From contig CAXXJV010000001.1 of the NCBI GenBank assembly GCA_963663475.2, positions 2,208,001 to 2,272,000 on the forward strand: DNA of 64,000 nt, written 5' to 3'. The position numbers were made by a program, and so were the translations under genes. This stretch comes from Candidatus Cloacimonadales bacterium (GTDB lineage Bacteria; Cloacimonadota; Cloacimonadia; Cloacimonadales; JAFGVF01). A model generated the notes under the pieces. The model had not been told where the DNA came from. It was given only the letters and a program-made list of their open reading frames with translations, and made no database searches. Numbering within the stretch: position 1 is the stretch's first letter; each line of letters begins with the position of its first letter. Positions 19,448-29,849 of the stretch are shown here, piece by piece.

Positions 19448-20569
19448 CTATAACTTATTTGACATAATGACACTGTAACCTCTACGTGAGGTTATGGTGG
19501 CATTGTCAAACACCTTAAGCATAGCCCTATGAATATGTTTAATATTCTTAGCCACTATATATGCTCTCCCCCCTTTTCTTAAATTATCATAAGCATTATC
19601 AATAAATAAATCTGCTATCCTAAAATTAGAGAAATAAGGAGGGTTTCCTACAAAAAGGCTAGCCTTACTTTTCTGTAAACCATCATCACTGAGAAAGAAA
19701 TCACAATTGCTCAGTTTATTAAGCTTAGCATTCTCGCGAGCACAATCTAATGCTCTTACATTTGAATCAACAAAGATAGTCCTTTCTAGACAGTTAAATT
19801 TGCTTAATGCAATACCTACAGTTCCAATTCCAGAACCCATATCAATAAGTGTATCACTCTTCTTCACCTCGACTGTATCAATTAGAGCTAAAGCTCCTTC
19901 ATCAATCCTATGATGAGAAAATACACCTGGGACTGAATAAAAAGTTAATTCTGCTTTATCTGGAAGTGCTAGCTTATATGAATCATCAAAATTTATAGAA
20001 TTATCAAGGTCTAAAGATTTACGTAAAACTATGATATTCTCCTGTTTATTAATCATTTCTAAAGTATAACTTATACTATTAGATCTTAAAAAATCTTCAA
20101 ACCATTTAACTCTTTTATCACTGGCAATGAAGACTTTTCCCTTATTTTTAAGCATTCTATAATGCTTGGTAAATATATCAAGATAAAACTCTTTACTGAA
20201 TGTTTTACTGTCTATTTGTAAGAATATTTGAGATAGTTTGCTATCAGGCTGGTAATTTGAGGCACAAATATTGTTTATGTGAGAATGGTTGTTGATAATA
20301 TTTTGCTCAACATGTTTAAAATAATGATAATCAATATTCAGGATATTAATAGATGTTTGGGGATAGCTTTTAGCAAGGTAAATAGGTAATACTCCAGTTC
20401 GATTATTAATAAAAAGTGTGTGTGCTAGATCTTTTTCCTTAATATCTTGTTCGATAAGATTATATTCGGTTCTATGAAGTCCTGATCTTGATACAACTTC
20501 AAGGTTAATTTTAGGAAATAACTCTGATTTATTTTGTTTTTTGTCTAATTCTGTGATTATGATTTTCAT
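19448..20569 (-). CDS. RsmC/RlmG-like rRNA (guanine-N2) methyltransferase
   Basis: PGVFSHHRIDEG, DMGSGIG and NPPY motifs; degenerate N-terminal MTase domain. Confidence 0.8.
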   Translation of the reverse strand: MKIIITELDKKQNKSELFPKINLEVVSRSGLHRTEYNLIEQDIKEKDLAHTLFINNRTGVLPIYLAKSYPQTSINILNIDYHYFKHVEQNIINNHSHINNICASNYQPDSKLSQIFLQIDSKTFSKEFYLDIFTKHYRMLKNKGKVFIASDKRVKWFEDFLRSNSISYTLEMINKQENIIVLRKSLDLDNSINFDDSYKLALPDKAELTFYSVPGVFSHHRIDEGALALIDTVEVKKSDTLIDMGSGIGTVGIALSKFNCLERTIFVDSNVRALDCARENAKLNKLSNCDFFLSDDGLQKSKASLFVGNPPYFSNFRIADLFIDNAYDNLRKGGRAYIVAKNIKHIHRAMLKVFDNATITSRRGYSVIMSNKL

Positions 20570-20591
20570 AAGTATCCTTAACTATATTGGT

Positions 20592-21383
20592 TTATTTTTT
20601 AGAAGCAACAATTAAGATGCCGTTGCCTATCTTGTTGGAAATTTTCTGATCTACTTTCATTAATACAAAAAATATTGGTAGAGTAATCAAGTAATAAAGA
20701 GGTAAGAAAAGGAAAGCTATCTTGCTCTTCGCAAGTAATAAGAGAGGTGTCTTTAAAGCTATTTTCCAGTAGCAGGCACCATATTTCCCATAGGTGTATT
20801 TTGCCATTTCAATATCAAAGCCTGCACTTGTTAGTTTTTCTTTTAGATCGCTCATATCATAGCCTGGTCTTACATGTTCTTCAGTAAAAGCAGCCGCTTC
20901 ATCAAAGGTGCTTGGAGTAGAAATTATTAATTTACCATCTGCTTTTATAACCTTAGAAAAGTTATTCATCACAGCTCTATCATCTTCAATATGTTCCAAA
21001 ATATCTATTGCAATTATTAGATCAAATTTATCTTTAGGTAGATATTTCTGTAAGTCAGCACAATGATGACTGAATCTAGTCTCTTTATCACTATTTCTGA
21101 TATAATTATAATATTCATCAATATAGTCTTCTTTTATATCAACAGCAAAAACTTCAGAATTTGGATAGTTAGATAATACAAAATCACTGTATTGTAGATA
21201 ACCACCACCAGCATCATACATTTTGAATGTTTGTTGCTTATCAGGATAAATAGACTTTATCAAATTCAAAACATACTGCTGACGTAATATTATGATGTTT
21301 AATGCTTTATAAAAACATTTCCTTAGAAAAGGAAATAAAGCAATAAAAAAAGCAATTTTATCTTTGACAATATCATATTTCAT
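20592..21383 (-). CDS. Class I SAM-dependent methyltransferase
   Basis: YDAGGG motif I, FDLIIAIDILEHI, LIISTP and EHVRPGY. Confidence 0.85.
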   Translation of the reverse strand: MKYDIVKDKIAFFIALFPFLRKCFYKALNIIILRQQYVLNLIKSIYPDKQQTFKMYDAGGGYLQYSDFVLSNYPNSEVFAVDIKEDYIDEYYNYIRNSDKETRFSHHCADLQKYLPKDKFDLIIAIDILEHIEDDRAVMNNFSKVIKADGKLIISTPSTFDEAAAFTEEHVRPGYDMSDLKEKLTSAGFDIEMAKYTYGKYGACYWKIALKTPLLLLAKSKIAFLFLPLYYLITLPIFFVLMKVDQKISNKIGNGILIVASKK

Positions 21384-21466
21384 TATTTTGCTCCTATTGT
21401 TAGAGATTAAGCAATTATCAAAAGAGTTATAAAATTGTCAAATCATTAAAATAATAGGATAGTAAA

Positions 21467-22624
21467 ATGAATATTAAAGTTCTATATGAGTTTTTGTTAA
21501 GTGATAAAGCTGATAGCTTTTTTGCTTATATTAAAGGTAAAAATATTAATGAAATTAACCAAATTCATAGATTAAAAACTAAGTTTGCTGATTATCCAGT
21601 TTCAGAACTATTAACTCTCATTCGGTTAAGAAAAAATGCTAGTAAAAGAATTAAAGATGCCGATAAGATGCTCTTTACTACTAAAGGAGTTGAGCAATCG
21701 TCTTCCACTAATGTGGCTGTATATCATGCCGAGAAGTTTGCTCTTTGTTCAAGAATAGCTGATTTATGTTGCGGTAATGGGGTTGATTTAATTAATCTCG
21801 CTAAAGGTAAAAACCTTGTTTATGCTCTTGATTATTCTAATACAGCTCTTAGTTGTAGTAAATTCAATGCAAAATTATTGGGACTTAATAATATAATTTT
21901 TATCCAAGATAAGGCAGAGGGCTTTTCTGAACAAGTTGATGGTATCTTTATTGATCCTGATAGGCGACCTGATGATAGAAGAGTAATTCAAGGGATTGAT
22001 ATTTCTCCTAATTTCGACCAAATAAAAAAGATAATTTCTACTTACAAGAATGTTGTAGTGAAGCTCTCCCCTGTATTCAAATATGAAGATGAAAGTATTG
22101 TTGAAGATTACACTTGGGAGTTTATTTCAGAAGATGGAGTTTTGAAGGAAATCCTACTTTGTACTGGTAGATTTGCAACAAAAGATATTCACAAGAAAGC
22201 GGTTCTATTACCTGATATGTATTTTCAACAGACTAATGAAGAAGTAACTGTTACAGGAATAAAAAAATATATCTATGATTTAGATCCTTCAATTATAAGA
22301 TCTGGTTTAGTTCAAGACTTAGCACAATCCATAGGTGGAGAACTAATAAATAAGCATTTAGCAATCTTAACATCAGATAAGAAACTAGCTAATTGTTTTA
22401 TAAAAGCCTACAAAGTCAAAGATATATTCCATTATAATAAAAAACTTTTACAGAAATATATCAAAGAAAATGAAATTGGTAAGCTGGTGGTTAAAGTAAA
22501 AGGTTTTCCTGAGAGACCTAATCAAGTAATCCAGAAGCTAAAGTTAAAAGGGAAGAATGAATCTCTAATATATTTAATTAGGATGGATAAGGAATTTCTA
22601 ACTTTGATTATTGAAAGATTGTAA
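21467..22624 (+). CDS. SAM-dependent methyltransferase with C-terminal THUMP-like domain
   Basis: EQSS, ADLCCGNGVD, FIDPDRR, VKLSP and YDLDPSIIRSG motifs. Confidence 0.8.
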   Translation: MNIKVLYEFLLSDKADSFFAYIKGKNINEINQIHRLKTKFADYPVSELLTLIRLRKNASKRIKDADKMLFTTKGVEQSSSTNVAVYHAEKFALCSRIADLCCGNGVDLINLAKGKNLVYALDYSNTALSCSKFNAKLLGLNNIIFIQDKAEGFSEQVDGIFIDPDRRPDDRRVIQGIDISPNFDQIKKIISTYKNVVVKLSPVFKYEDESIVEDYTWEFISEDGVLKEILLCTGRFATKDIHKKAVLLPDMYFQQTNEEVTVTGIKKYIYDLDPSIIRSGLVQDLAQSIGGELINKHLAILTSDKKLANCFIKAYKVKDIFHYNKKLLQKYIKENEIGKLVVKVKGFPERPNQVIQKLKLKGKNESLIYLIRMDKEFLTLIIERL

Positions 22625-22646
22625 ATTAATACAAATAGAATAATTC

Positions 22647-22674
22647 TTGACAAACATTCACTTGCTTTCATAAT
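22647..22674 (+). promoter_or_regulatory. Putative sigma70 promoter
   Basis: TTGACA-16 nt-CATAAT upstream of the GLUG protein gene. Confidence 0.45.
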
Positions 22675-22703
22675 TAAACCAAATATTGTAATGGAGGAAG
22701 TTA

Positions 22704-23996
22704 ATGAAAAGAATTATTATGTTTCTTTTTTTATTTCTAAGTATTGCTTTATATGCTCAAGGAAGTATTCCCCAAGGTTTAGGAAGCCAAGATAATCCAT
22801 ATCTAATTGCTAATCTTGCTAATCTTGAATACTTGTCAGAAAATATTGAGCTTTGGAGTAGTGGTATTTATTTTTTACAAACAGCTGATATTGATGCTTC
22901 TGAAGCTGTTAATTGGAACAATGGACAAGGTTTTTCTCCAATAGGAGATTTCCTTGATTCAAATAATGAAAGGTTGTTTTCTGGAAACTATGATGGGAAT
23001 GGTTATAAAATATCTAATTTATTTATTAATAGACCAGCAAGCAGCAATATTGGGTTATTTGGCTACACTCTTTTTGCCAATATCTCAAATGTCATAGTTG
23101 AAGATGTCAATATTACAGGATCTTGGTATGTGGGAGCTTTGGTTGGTTATCCTGAGTCTTCTAATATCACTAAATGCTCTGTAAGTGGTCAAATCACAGC
23201 TGATAAAAATGCTGGTGGTCTAGCTGGTGCTGTATGGTTTTCTTCAATTAGTCAATCATGGGCTAATGTAGATTTAGTGGCTAGTGATTGGTATAGTGGT
23301 GGTTTAGCTGGATATGGTGATAATTCAGATTTCCTTAACTGTTTTGCCTTAGGTTCAGTTAATGGGCCAGAAGATGTTGCAGGTTTAATAGGTTCAACTT
23401 GGGGATGTAATTTGACTAATTGCTATTCTGCCACAAGTATTACTTGTACAGGTGATTTTGGAGGTGGTTTGATTGGTTATTGTGGATCTGCTAATATCTC
23501 TGCCTGTTATTGGGATAAAGAAGCTACTAACTATGAGATTAGTTCAGGCTCTGAAGATTCTTATGGCTTAACAAGTTTGGAAATGCAAAATCCTCAAAGC
23601 TTTATCAATGCAGGTTGGGATTTTGAAAATACATGGAATCATGATATTGAAATAAACAACTCATATCCCTATTTAAGATGGACTCAAGCAACAAATATTG
23701 ATACTAATAGTAATGAAGTACCACCAACTTCATACTTTATCAATGCTTATCCAAATCCCTTTAATCCACAAACAACTCTTTCTTTCTATATTGATAAAGA
23801 TGAAAAAGCAGACCTAATTATATATAATATTAAAGGTCAGAAGGTTAAACAATATAAGTCTTTTGCACATGGACATCATTCAGTTACTTGGCAGGGTAAA
23901 GATGCAGATAATAATAATCTTGCATCCGGGGTTTACTTGTGCCAATTAAGAACATCCCACACTAAGCAAACAAAAAAAATTACTTTATCAAAGTAA
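22704..23996 (+). CDS. Secreted GLUG-repeat protein with C-terminal FlgD-Ig/T9SS-like sorting domain
   Basis: Signal peptide, GSQDNPYLI, FSGNYDGNGY, repeated VGALVG/AGGLAG, and C-terminal AYPNPFNP...IYNIKGQKV...WQGKD...ASGVY. Confidence 0.85.
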   Translation: MKRIIMFLFLFLSIALYAQGSIPQGLGSQDNPYLIANLANLEYLSENIELWSSGIYFLQTADIDASEAVNWNNGQGFSPIGDFLDSNNERLFSGNYDGNGYKISNLFINRPASSNIGLFGYTLFANISNVIVEDVNITGSWYVGALVGYPESSNITKCSVSGQITADKNAGGLAGAVWFSSISQSWANVDLVASDWYSGGLAGYGDNSDFLNCFALGSVNGPEDVAGLIGSTWGCNLTNCYSATSITCTGDFGGGLIGYCGSANISACYWDKEATNYEISSGSEDSYGLTSLEMQNPQSFINAGWDFENTWNHDIEINNSYPYLRWTQATNIDTNSNEVPPTSYFINAYPNPFNPQTTLSFYIDKDEKADLIIYNIKGQKVKQYKSFAHGHHSVTWQGKDADNNNLASGVYLCQLRTSHTKQTKKITLSK

Positions 23997-24022
23997 GATA
24001 GATAACATTATTTTGAAAAAAG

Positions 24023-24052
24023 ATAAGGCGTAAGAAAAAACTTACGCCTTAT
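24023..24052. terminator. Bidirectional terminator between convergent genes
   Basis: Perfect ATAAGGCGTAAG / CTTACGCCTTAT stem with A and T flanks. Confidence 0.75.
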
Positions 24053-24091
24053 TATATTTTATTTCTATTTATCTTATTAGATTTAACTCAT

Positions 24092-24493
24092 TTAGTGCTT
24101 ATCTTTACAAAGTTCAACTAAAACACCTTTAGTGGATTTTGGATGTAAAAAGGCAATATCTGCACCATGAGCACCAGGTCTAGGTTCTTTATCAATTAAT
24201 TTGAAGCCTTTGTCTGATTTCTCTTGTAACTCAGCCTTTAAATCATCTACTCCTAAAGCTATATGTTGAATTCCTTCACCTTTCTTTTCAATGAATTTAG
24301 CAATTGGACTATCTTCAGATGTTGCTGCTAAGAGTTCTATTCTGGTATCTCCAACTGTAAAAAAGGCTACTTTAAGTTTTTGAGAAGGAACTTCTTCAGT
24401 AGAATCTAAAGTTAAACCTAAATCTTCATACATTTTTATAGCTTCATCAAGATCTTTTACTGCAATTCCAATATGACTTAAATTCTTAATCAT
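24092..24493 (-). CDS. mce: Methylmalonyl-CoA epimerase
   Basis: [19 protein letters not shown] and [14 protein letters not shown] motifs. Confidence 0.93.
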   Translation of the reverse strand: MIKNLSHIGIAVKDLDEAIKMYEDLGLTLDSTEEVPSQKLKVAFFTVGDTRIELLAATSEDSPIAKFIEKKGEGIQHIALGVDDLKAELQEKSDKGFKLIDKEPRPGAHGADIAFLHPKSTKGVLVELCKDKH

Positions 24494-24498
24494 GTGAC

Positions 24499-25053
24499 TT
24501 ATCCTTTGTATTCATCAGCTAGCTTAAAGCCTAACTTCATAGCCTTGATATTTAAATCAACAAAAGCAGGTTTGATTGAAGAGCGGATAGCAGATTCTAA
24601 TGATTCTACTGACACAACACCTGTTATTTTAACAACAAATGCTAAGGATAAAATATTGGTTGGCATTTCTGAACCAAGTTCCTTTTGAGCAATTTCTGTA
24701 AAAGGTACTTCATATGTATTATCATTAACGATTGAGATGTTCTTTACATGACTTGTATCACAAATTAAAACACCTTCACGTTTTAAGTCAAATATATATT
24801 TATCACAGGCTTCTTGGGTAAGAGAAAGTAATATATCAAGACTGGTTGCTTCTGGATAATTAATATCTTCGTTACTAATAACAACATCAGCTCTTGAGTA
24901 GCCACCGCGTGATTCTGGTCCATATGATTGTGTTTGAGTAACGTTAAGTCCATCTTCAACAGCAGCTTTAGCTAAAGTAATTCCCGCAAGAATTAAACCC
25001 TGTCCACCTGAACCACTGAAACGTATTTCTTTAACCATTTTCTTTTTACTCAT
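24499..25053 (-). CDS. 2-oxoacid (2-oxoglutarate-type):ferredoxin oxidoreductase gamma subunit
   Basis: GSGGQG and [10 protein letters not shown] motifs. Confidence 0.9.
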   Translation of the reverse strand: MSKKKMVKEIRFSGSGGQGLILAGITLAKAAVEDGLNVTQTQSYGPESRGGYSRADVVISNEDINYPEATSLDILLSLTQEACDKYIFDLKREGVLICDTSHVKNISIVNDNTYEVPFTEIAQKELGSEMPTNILSLAFVVKITGVVSVESLESAIRSSIKPAFVDLNIKAMKLGFKLADEYKG

Positions 25054-25892
25054 TATTTACCTTCCTTTGGACTGAACTTTTCCATTAAATTTCTATAGGC
25101 AGCAGTATATTCTGGTCTCATTTCTTTAATGAAGGTTCCACGAATAATTTTACCATTAACTTGTTCTGCAGGTAATTTTTCAGCTGCTTTAATAGGAATA
25201 GAATTATCTCTCATATGTCTCATCATAGCAGGTGCATCACCTTTTTTATTTAATCTACCATAGATAACAGGGCAAGCAGAAACAGCTTCGACGAGAGAGA
25301 AACCAGGATGTTCTATAGCTTCTTTAATGTGTTTTTGAAGTTCTAATGCATGGAAAGCAGTAGTTCTAGCAACATGAGAAGCTCCAGCACCAATAGCAAG
25401 TTTACAGATATCAAAATCAGGATCAATATTACCGTAAGGAGTTGTGGTAGCTTTATCACCTTGAGGGGTTGCTGGAGAATATTGTCCACCAGTCATACCA
25501 TAAATGCTATTATTAATTAAAATCACTGAAAGATCTAAGTTTCTTCTAGCAGCATGGATGAAGTGGTTTCCACCAATTGCAGTAGCATCACCATCACCAG
25601 TGATAACGATAACTTTCATGCCTGGCTTATACATTTTCACACCAGTAGCGAAAGCAATAGCTCTGCCGTGAAGTGAGTGAAGTGTATTAAAATCAGCATA
25701 AACTGGCATTCTTGAGGAACAGCCAATTCCTGAGACCATAACTATGTTATCTCTATTTAATTTAAGTTCATCAATTGCTCTTATAGTAGCACCTAGCACA
25801 ATACCATTACTACATCCAGCACACCATACATGGGGAAATTTTTTATCATGTCTTAAATAATCATGAATTTTTCTTTGAGGTATCTTAGGCAT
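25053..25892 (-). CDS. 2-oxoacid:ferredoxin oxidoreductase beta subunit (KorB-like)
   Basis: WCAGCSNG, SGIGCS and GDGD...NNSIYGMTGGQ motifs. Confidence 0.9.
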   Translation of the reverse strand: MPKIPQRKIHDYLRHDKKFPHVWCAGCSNGIVLGATIRAIDELKLNRDNIVMVSGIGCSSRMPVYADFNTLHSLHGRAIAFATGVKMYKPGMKVIVITGDGDATAIGGNHFIHAARRNLDLSVILINNSIYGMTGGQYSPATPQGDKATTTPYGNIDPDFDICKLAIGAGASHVARTTAFHALELQKHIKEAIEHPGFSLVEAVSACPVIYGRLNKKGDAPAMMRHMRDNSIPIKAAEKLPAEQVNGKIIRGTFIKEMRPEYTAAYRNLMEKFSPKEGK

Positions 25893-27093
25893 TATAAACC
25901 TCCTTAATCTTGTTCAATATTTCAGAAGGAGTTATTACTGTTCCATCATTTCTGTTTAATCTGTGGAGAGAACCATCTTTTCTTTCACGAACTAATCTTT
26001 CAAGTTCATGGAAGAGTTGTCCTTCATTAAGTTCAGGAACAACAACTGCATCAACATTCTTAAGCATTTTTGTTACAGCATCATCTGGGAAAGGCCAAAT
26101 AGTTAGAGGTCTTAAGAGTCCAACTTTCAATCCTTCTGCTCTAGCCATTTTAACAGCTTCTTTAGAAGCTCTACCCATAATACCAGCAGCAAAGACAGCA
26201 ACTTTTGCGTCTTCGATATGTTGAGTTTCAATTTGAACTAAATCTCTGATATTATGTTTAATTTTTTTATTTAATCTTTCCATCATTTTAGCAGCTTCGT
26301 TTGGTTTATTAGTTGGGAAACCATGATCATCATGAGTTAGACCAGTAACATGGAAACGATAACCTTCGCCAAAAGAAGCGATTGGTGATAGATATTTTTG
26401 ATTTTCATCATAATGTTTATACCATTGTGGAGGAACAGTAGGTTTAATTCTGTTAATTACTCTAACAGTTGATAAATCAGGTAATGTAACAGCTTCTCTC
26501 ATGTGGCCTAAAACTTCATCAAGAAGTAAGACAACTAATGAACGGTATTTTTCAGCTAAATTAAATGCTCTAATAGTTAACTGAAAAGCCTCTTTTACTG
26601 AGTCTGGATACAACACAATAGCTGGAGCATCGCCATGTGAACCCCAGCGTGATTGCATAAGATCACCTTGTCCAGGGCTTGTTGGCATACCAGTACTTGG
26701 TCCCATTCTTTGAACATTAACTACCACTGATGGTGTTTCAGTAATTTTAGCAAAACCTATAGCTTCTTGCATTAAAGAGAAGCCAGGACCACTAGTAGCT
26801 GTTAAAGATTTTGCACCTGCAAGAGATGCACCAATAATTGCACATACACTAGCAATTTCATCTTCCATTTGGATGAAGGTTCCACCAACTTTTGGTAGTT
26901 CATTTGCAAGTATTTCAGCAACTTCTGTTGAAGGAGTTATTGGGTATCCTGCGAAGAAATCACATCCAGCTGCTAAAGCACCTTTAGCAACAGCTTCGTT
27001 ACCCTGCATAATGATTGCTTTAGTAACTTTCTTTTCTTCTATCTTAGTTTCAGTTTTGACAGTTTTCTTTGGGCTTGTTTTTTCTTTACTCAT
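25885..27093 (-). CDS. 2-oxoacid:ferredoxin oxidoreductase alpha subunit (KorA-like)
   Basis: YPITPSTE, QMEDE, TATSGPGFSLMQE and QRMGPSTGMPT motifs. Confidence 0.9.
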   Translation of the reverse strand: MSKEKTSPKKTVKTETKIEEKKVTKAIIMQGNEAVAKGALAAGCDFFAGYPITPSTEVAEILANELPKVGGTFIQMEDEIASVCAIIGASLAGAKSLTATSGPGFSLMQEAIGFAKITETPSVVVNVQRMGPSTGMPTSPGQGDLMQSRWGSHGDAPAIVLYPDSVKEAFQLTIRAFNLAEKYRSLVVLLLDEVLGHMREAVTLPDLSTVRVINRIKPTVPPQWYKHYDENQKYLSPIASFGEGYRFHVTGLTHDDHGFPTNKPNEAAKMMERLNKKIKHNIRDLVQIETQHIEDAKVAVFAAGIMGRASKEAVKMARAEGLKVGLLRPLTIWPFPDDAVTKMLKNVDAVVVPELNEGQLFHELERLVRERKDGSLHRLNRNDGTVITPSEILNKIKEVYNA

Positions 27094-27406
27094 TACAATC
27101 CTCCGATTTCTTAACTAAGGCACCAGTAATAGCAAAATCTGGACATAATCTGTCGCAAGTTTCACAATGAATACATTTTTCTGGATGTGCTACAAATGGA
27201 GATCCATCTGCCTGTCTTTCTAAACAACCAGTTGGACAAAATGCTACACATATACCACATTTCTTACACCAATTGTAGTAAATATAAACTGGTGAATCTA
27301 AATCACCTGCTGTTTTAACTTCATTATACTCCACTTCCATTTTTTCGGGAGTATCTTCTCCGTGGATAATTGTTCCGACCTTATCTTTTTCAACGTTTTC
27401 GGACAT
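27086..27406 (-). CDS. Ferredoxin-type delta subunit (KorD-like)
   Basis: CKKCGICVAFCP and CIHCETCDRLCP. Confidence 0.88.
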   Translation of the reverse strand: MSENVEKDKVGTIIHGEDTPEKMEVEYNEVKTAGDLDSPVYIYYNWCKKCGICVAFCPTGCLERQADGSPFVAHPEKCIHCETCDRLCPDFAITGALVKKSEDCNE

Positions 27407-27458
27407 TATTTCCTCCAGTATTTTTTCATACTATTCTTGATTTTTATTTTTTAATTTA

Positions 27459-28229
27459 CTATTTAATTTTGATCTTATCTGTAAAGAAAAATTTTACTGC
27501 ATTATTAAATGTTGTTTCTGCAACCATATTAGGAGATTCCATTCGCTCTTTAGCAATTGCCTCAATGACTAAGGGTAAATAATAAGGTGCATTTCTTTTG
27601 CCTCTATGAGGAACAGGAGCTAGATAGGGAGAATCTGTTTCAATGAAGAAAGAATCTTCAGGTAGCATTCGCACTACATCTCTTAAAGAATGGTTATTTT
27701 TGAAGGTGATAGTACCAGTAATAGATATTTTCCAACCTTCCTGTAAGACTTGTTCAGCAAAGACAACATCTCCAGAAAAGCAGTGAAAAACAACTTGCTT
27801 AGCATTATGCTCTTTTAAAATATCATAACAATCTTGATGAGCATCTCTGTCATGCACAATAATTGGTAAATTTAAATCTTTAGCTATTTCAATTTGCTGA
27901 GCAAAAACTTGTTTTTGAATTTTCTTAGGTGATAAATTTCGATAGTAGTCTAGACCTATCTCTCCTATGGCAACAACTTTACTCTCTTGAGCTAATCTTC
28001 TAATTAACTTAGAATCAAATTCAGTAGCATCATGAGGATGGTATCCTACTGATGCAAAAATAAAATCATATTCTGAAGCTAATTTTATTGCGTTTTCGGA
28101 AGTCTCTTGATTATATCCTATATTAATTAGATATTCAAGTCCGTTTTTTCTACTTTGTTCAATTACCCTTGCCCTATCTTTATCAAAATCTTTTAGATCC
28201 AAGTGAGCATGAGTTTCAAATATTTTCAT
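27459..28229 (-). CDS. TatD family deoxyribonuclease
   Basis: THAHL, GYHPH, GEIGLDY, VHDRDA, HCFSG and ETDSPY motifs. Confidence 0.93.
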   Translation of the reverse strand: MKIFETHAHLDLKDFDKDRARVIEQSRKNGLEYLINIGYNQETSENAIKLASEYDFIFASVGYHPHDATEFDSKLIRRLAQESKVVAIGEIGLDYYRNLSPKKIQKQVFAQQIEIAKDLNLPIIVHDRDAHQDCYDILKEHNAKQVVFHCFSGDVVFAEQVLQEGWKISITGTITFKNNHSLRDVVRMLPEDSFFIETDSPYLAPVPHRGKRNAPYYLPLVIEAIAKERMESPNMVAETTFNNAVKFFFTDKIKIK

Positions 28230-28452
28230 TTTTTCCTCAATATATTTAAGTCATAAATAATTGTGTCAAATCTTAATATCTTGACTTAAATGTCAATAGT
28301 TTCTGAAATTTTTTTTAATTATAATTTCGGTAAGTATTTTGCATAAAGAGTGTGGGCTATCTCTAAAGAGCCTAAGTATAATGAATAAGCACATTTTATT
28401 TGCTATTTTTCAAGAATCAATTATTAATTAAAAAAACAAAATGGAGAATAAA

Positions 28453-29058
28453 ATGAAAACATTAATAATAAAATATCTTCCTTCAGGGGAAAACTCAAAT
28501 ACAAAAAAACTACTAGATAGATTTATGGAAAAGAACATAGACAATAAGGATCTTGAAGAAATAGATCTCCTTGCAAGTAAAACTCCAATATTTAACCAAG
28601 AATCTATAACTGCTTATTATCTAAGAAACTATCTTGGAAAAGCACTTAATGAGGAACAAGCAGCAGCAATTTTACCTTTTGATAAAATTATCCAAAAAGT
28701 ACAATCTGCTGATTTTTTAGTTTTTGCTTTCCCTATGCACAACTTTTCTCTACCTGGAATTGTTAAGAGCTTCATAGACTCTTTTATGTTTAACGGGGAA
28801 TTCTTTAACATATCAGATTCTCATAAGAAAGATATGATTCAAGGAAAAAAGATTTTAGTATTGTATTCTCATGGAGGTTCTTATCCTGAGGGTAGTGAAT
28901 ATGAAAAATATGATTTTGTTAAAAGCTTACTTAATCAAGAATTTTCTTTTATGGGAATTAAAGATGTTGCTTTTATCTCTTATTCCACAGCAGACCCTGC
29001 AAAGAAAGAAGATAATCTTCAGCTAGCTTTGGATAAGCTTGATAAAATATTGAGTTAA
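28453..29058 (+). CDS. FMN-dependent NADH-azoreductase / flavodoxin-like oxidoreductase
   Basis: SNT, PMHNFSLPG and SHGGSY motifs; ATG at 28453 follows GGAG. Confidence 0.8.
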   Translation: MKTLIIKYLPSGENSNTKKLLDRFMEKNIDNKDLEEIDLLASKTPIFNQESITAYYLRNYLGKALNEEQAAAILPFDKIIQKVQSADFLVFAFPMHNFSLPGIVKSFIDSFMFNGEFFNISDSHKKDMIQGKKILVLYSHGGSYPEGSEYEKYDFVKSLLNQEFSFMGIKDVAFISYSTADPAKKEDNLQLALDKLDKILS

Positions 29059-29085
29059 ACCCAAATAATACTAAACTATCTGTGT
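29059..29085 (+). mobile_element. Collapsed 27-bp remnant of the MITE family
   Basis: ACCCAAATAATAC...ACTATCTGTGT flanked by TAA on both sides; the left TAA is the azoreductase stop codon. Confidence 0.55.
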
Positions 29086-29102
29086 TAAATCTTTTTAAAA
29101 TT

Positions 29103-29140
29103 AACTCTACCTAGTTTATGATAATAAATTAGGTAGAGTT
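29103..29140. terminator. Hairpin between convergent genes, probable terminator
   Basis: AACTCTACCTAGTTTAT / ATAAATTAGGTAGAGTT inverted repeat. Confidence 0.65.
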
Positions 29141-29186
29141 TAAATAATCTGCAATCCTCACTAAAGTTAAAATGCACTACTCTGGT

Positions 29187-29849
29187 TTAAAGAGAATCAA
29201 TAATTTTTTTTATATCAGCAAATTTGTTAAAATTAACTATAAGTAGAAGATCTCCACTATTCACGGTAATTTCAATATGCTCATTAGTAACCAAATTGCT
29301 CACTCCTCTAGCTCTATCACTAGTGAGTTGCTCATCAATAAGTGGATAATATAAGCCTTTAGTAGTAATTCCCTGAGCAGAATCAGATAAAGGAATTAAG
29401 GATACTGTTGTATTCATGGGAAGATAAAAGGAATTTTTATTTTTGAGAATAATAAATAATTGCTTATCACCTAGTATTAATGAAGGTATGTTAAGTCTGT
29501 GTAAATATCTCAAACTAGCCATAACCCCTAAGACATGGTCGATCCTATCTTGCATGTTATTTACAATTATTATGGCTGAAAATTTCTCTTCAATTGCATA
29601 ATTAACTGCCAACTCGGTATCAGTAAAATCTTTTTCTGGTGGGTGGGTGATTTGCTGAATATTCTGAGTTAAGAAAACATTATTTTGTTTTACAGAATCA
29701 AAGTCACCAATGATTATATGTGGTACTAAATTAATAATTTCTAAGGTGTTTATTCCTCCGTCAACTCCAATTATATAATCATCAGGCGTAATTAAGTATT
29801 TAATTCCCTCACTACAGAGTGAATTAGTAAATAGAAAGCTTTTAGACAT
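29187..29849 (-). CDS. thiN: Thiamine diphosphokinase
   Basis: GVDGG, GDFDS, EKDFTDTELA, RIDH, GLYYPL and GVSN motifs. Confidence 0.9.
   Translation of the reverse strand: MSKSFLFTNSLCSEGIKYLITPDDYIIGVDGGINTLEIINLVPHIIIGDFDSVKQNNVFLTQNIQQITHPPEKDFTDTELAVNYAIEEKFSAIIIVNNMQDRIDHVLGVMASLRYLHRLNIPSLILGDKQLFIILKNKNSFYLPMNTTVSLIPLSDSAQGITTKGLYYPLIDEQLTSDRARGVSNLVTNEHIEITVNSGDLLLIVNFNKFADIKKIIDSL

Noticed and set aside
28230-28452. Possible riboswitch upstream of the azoreductase (GGGCT/AGCCT hairpin)
   Set aside because: No recognisable FMN, TPP, SAM or purine consensus; it is more simply explained as divergent promoters.
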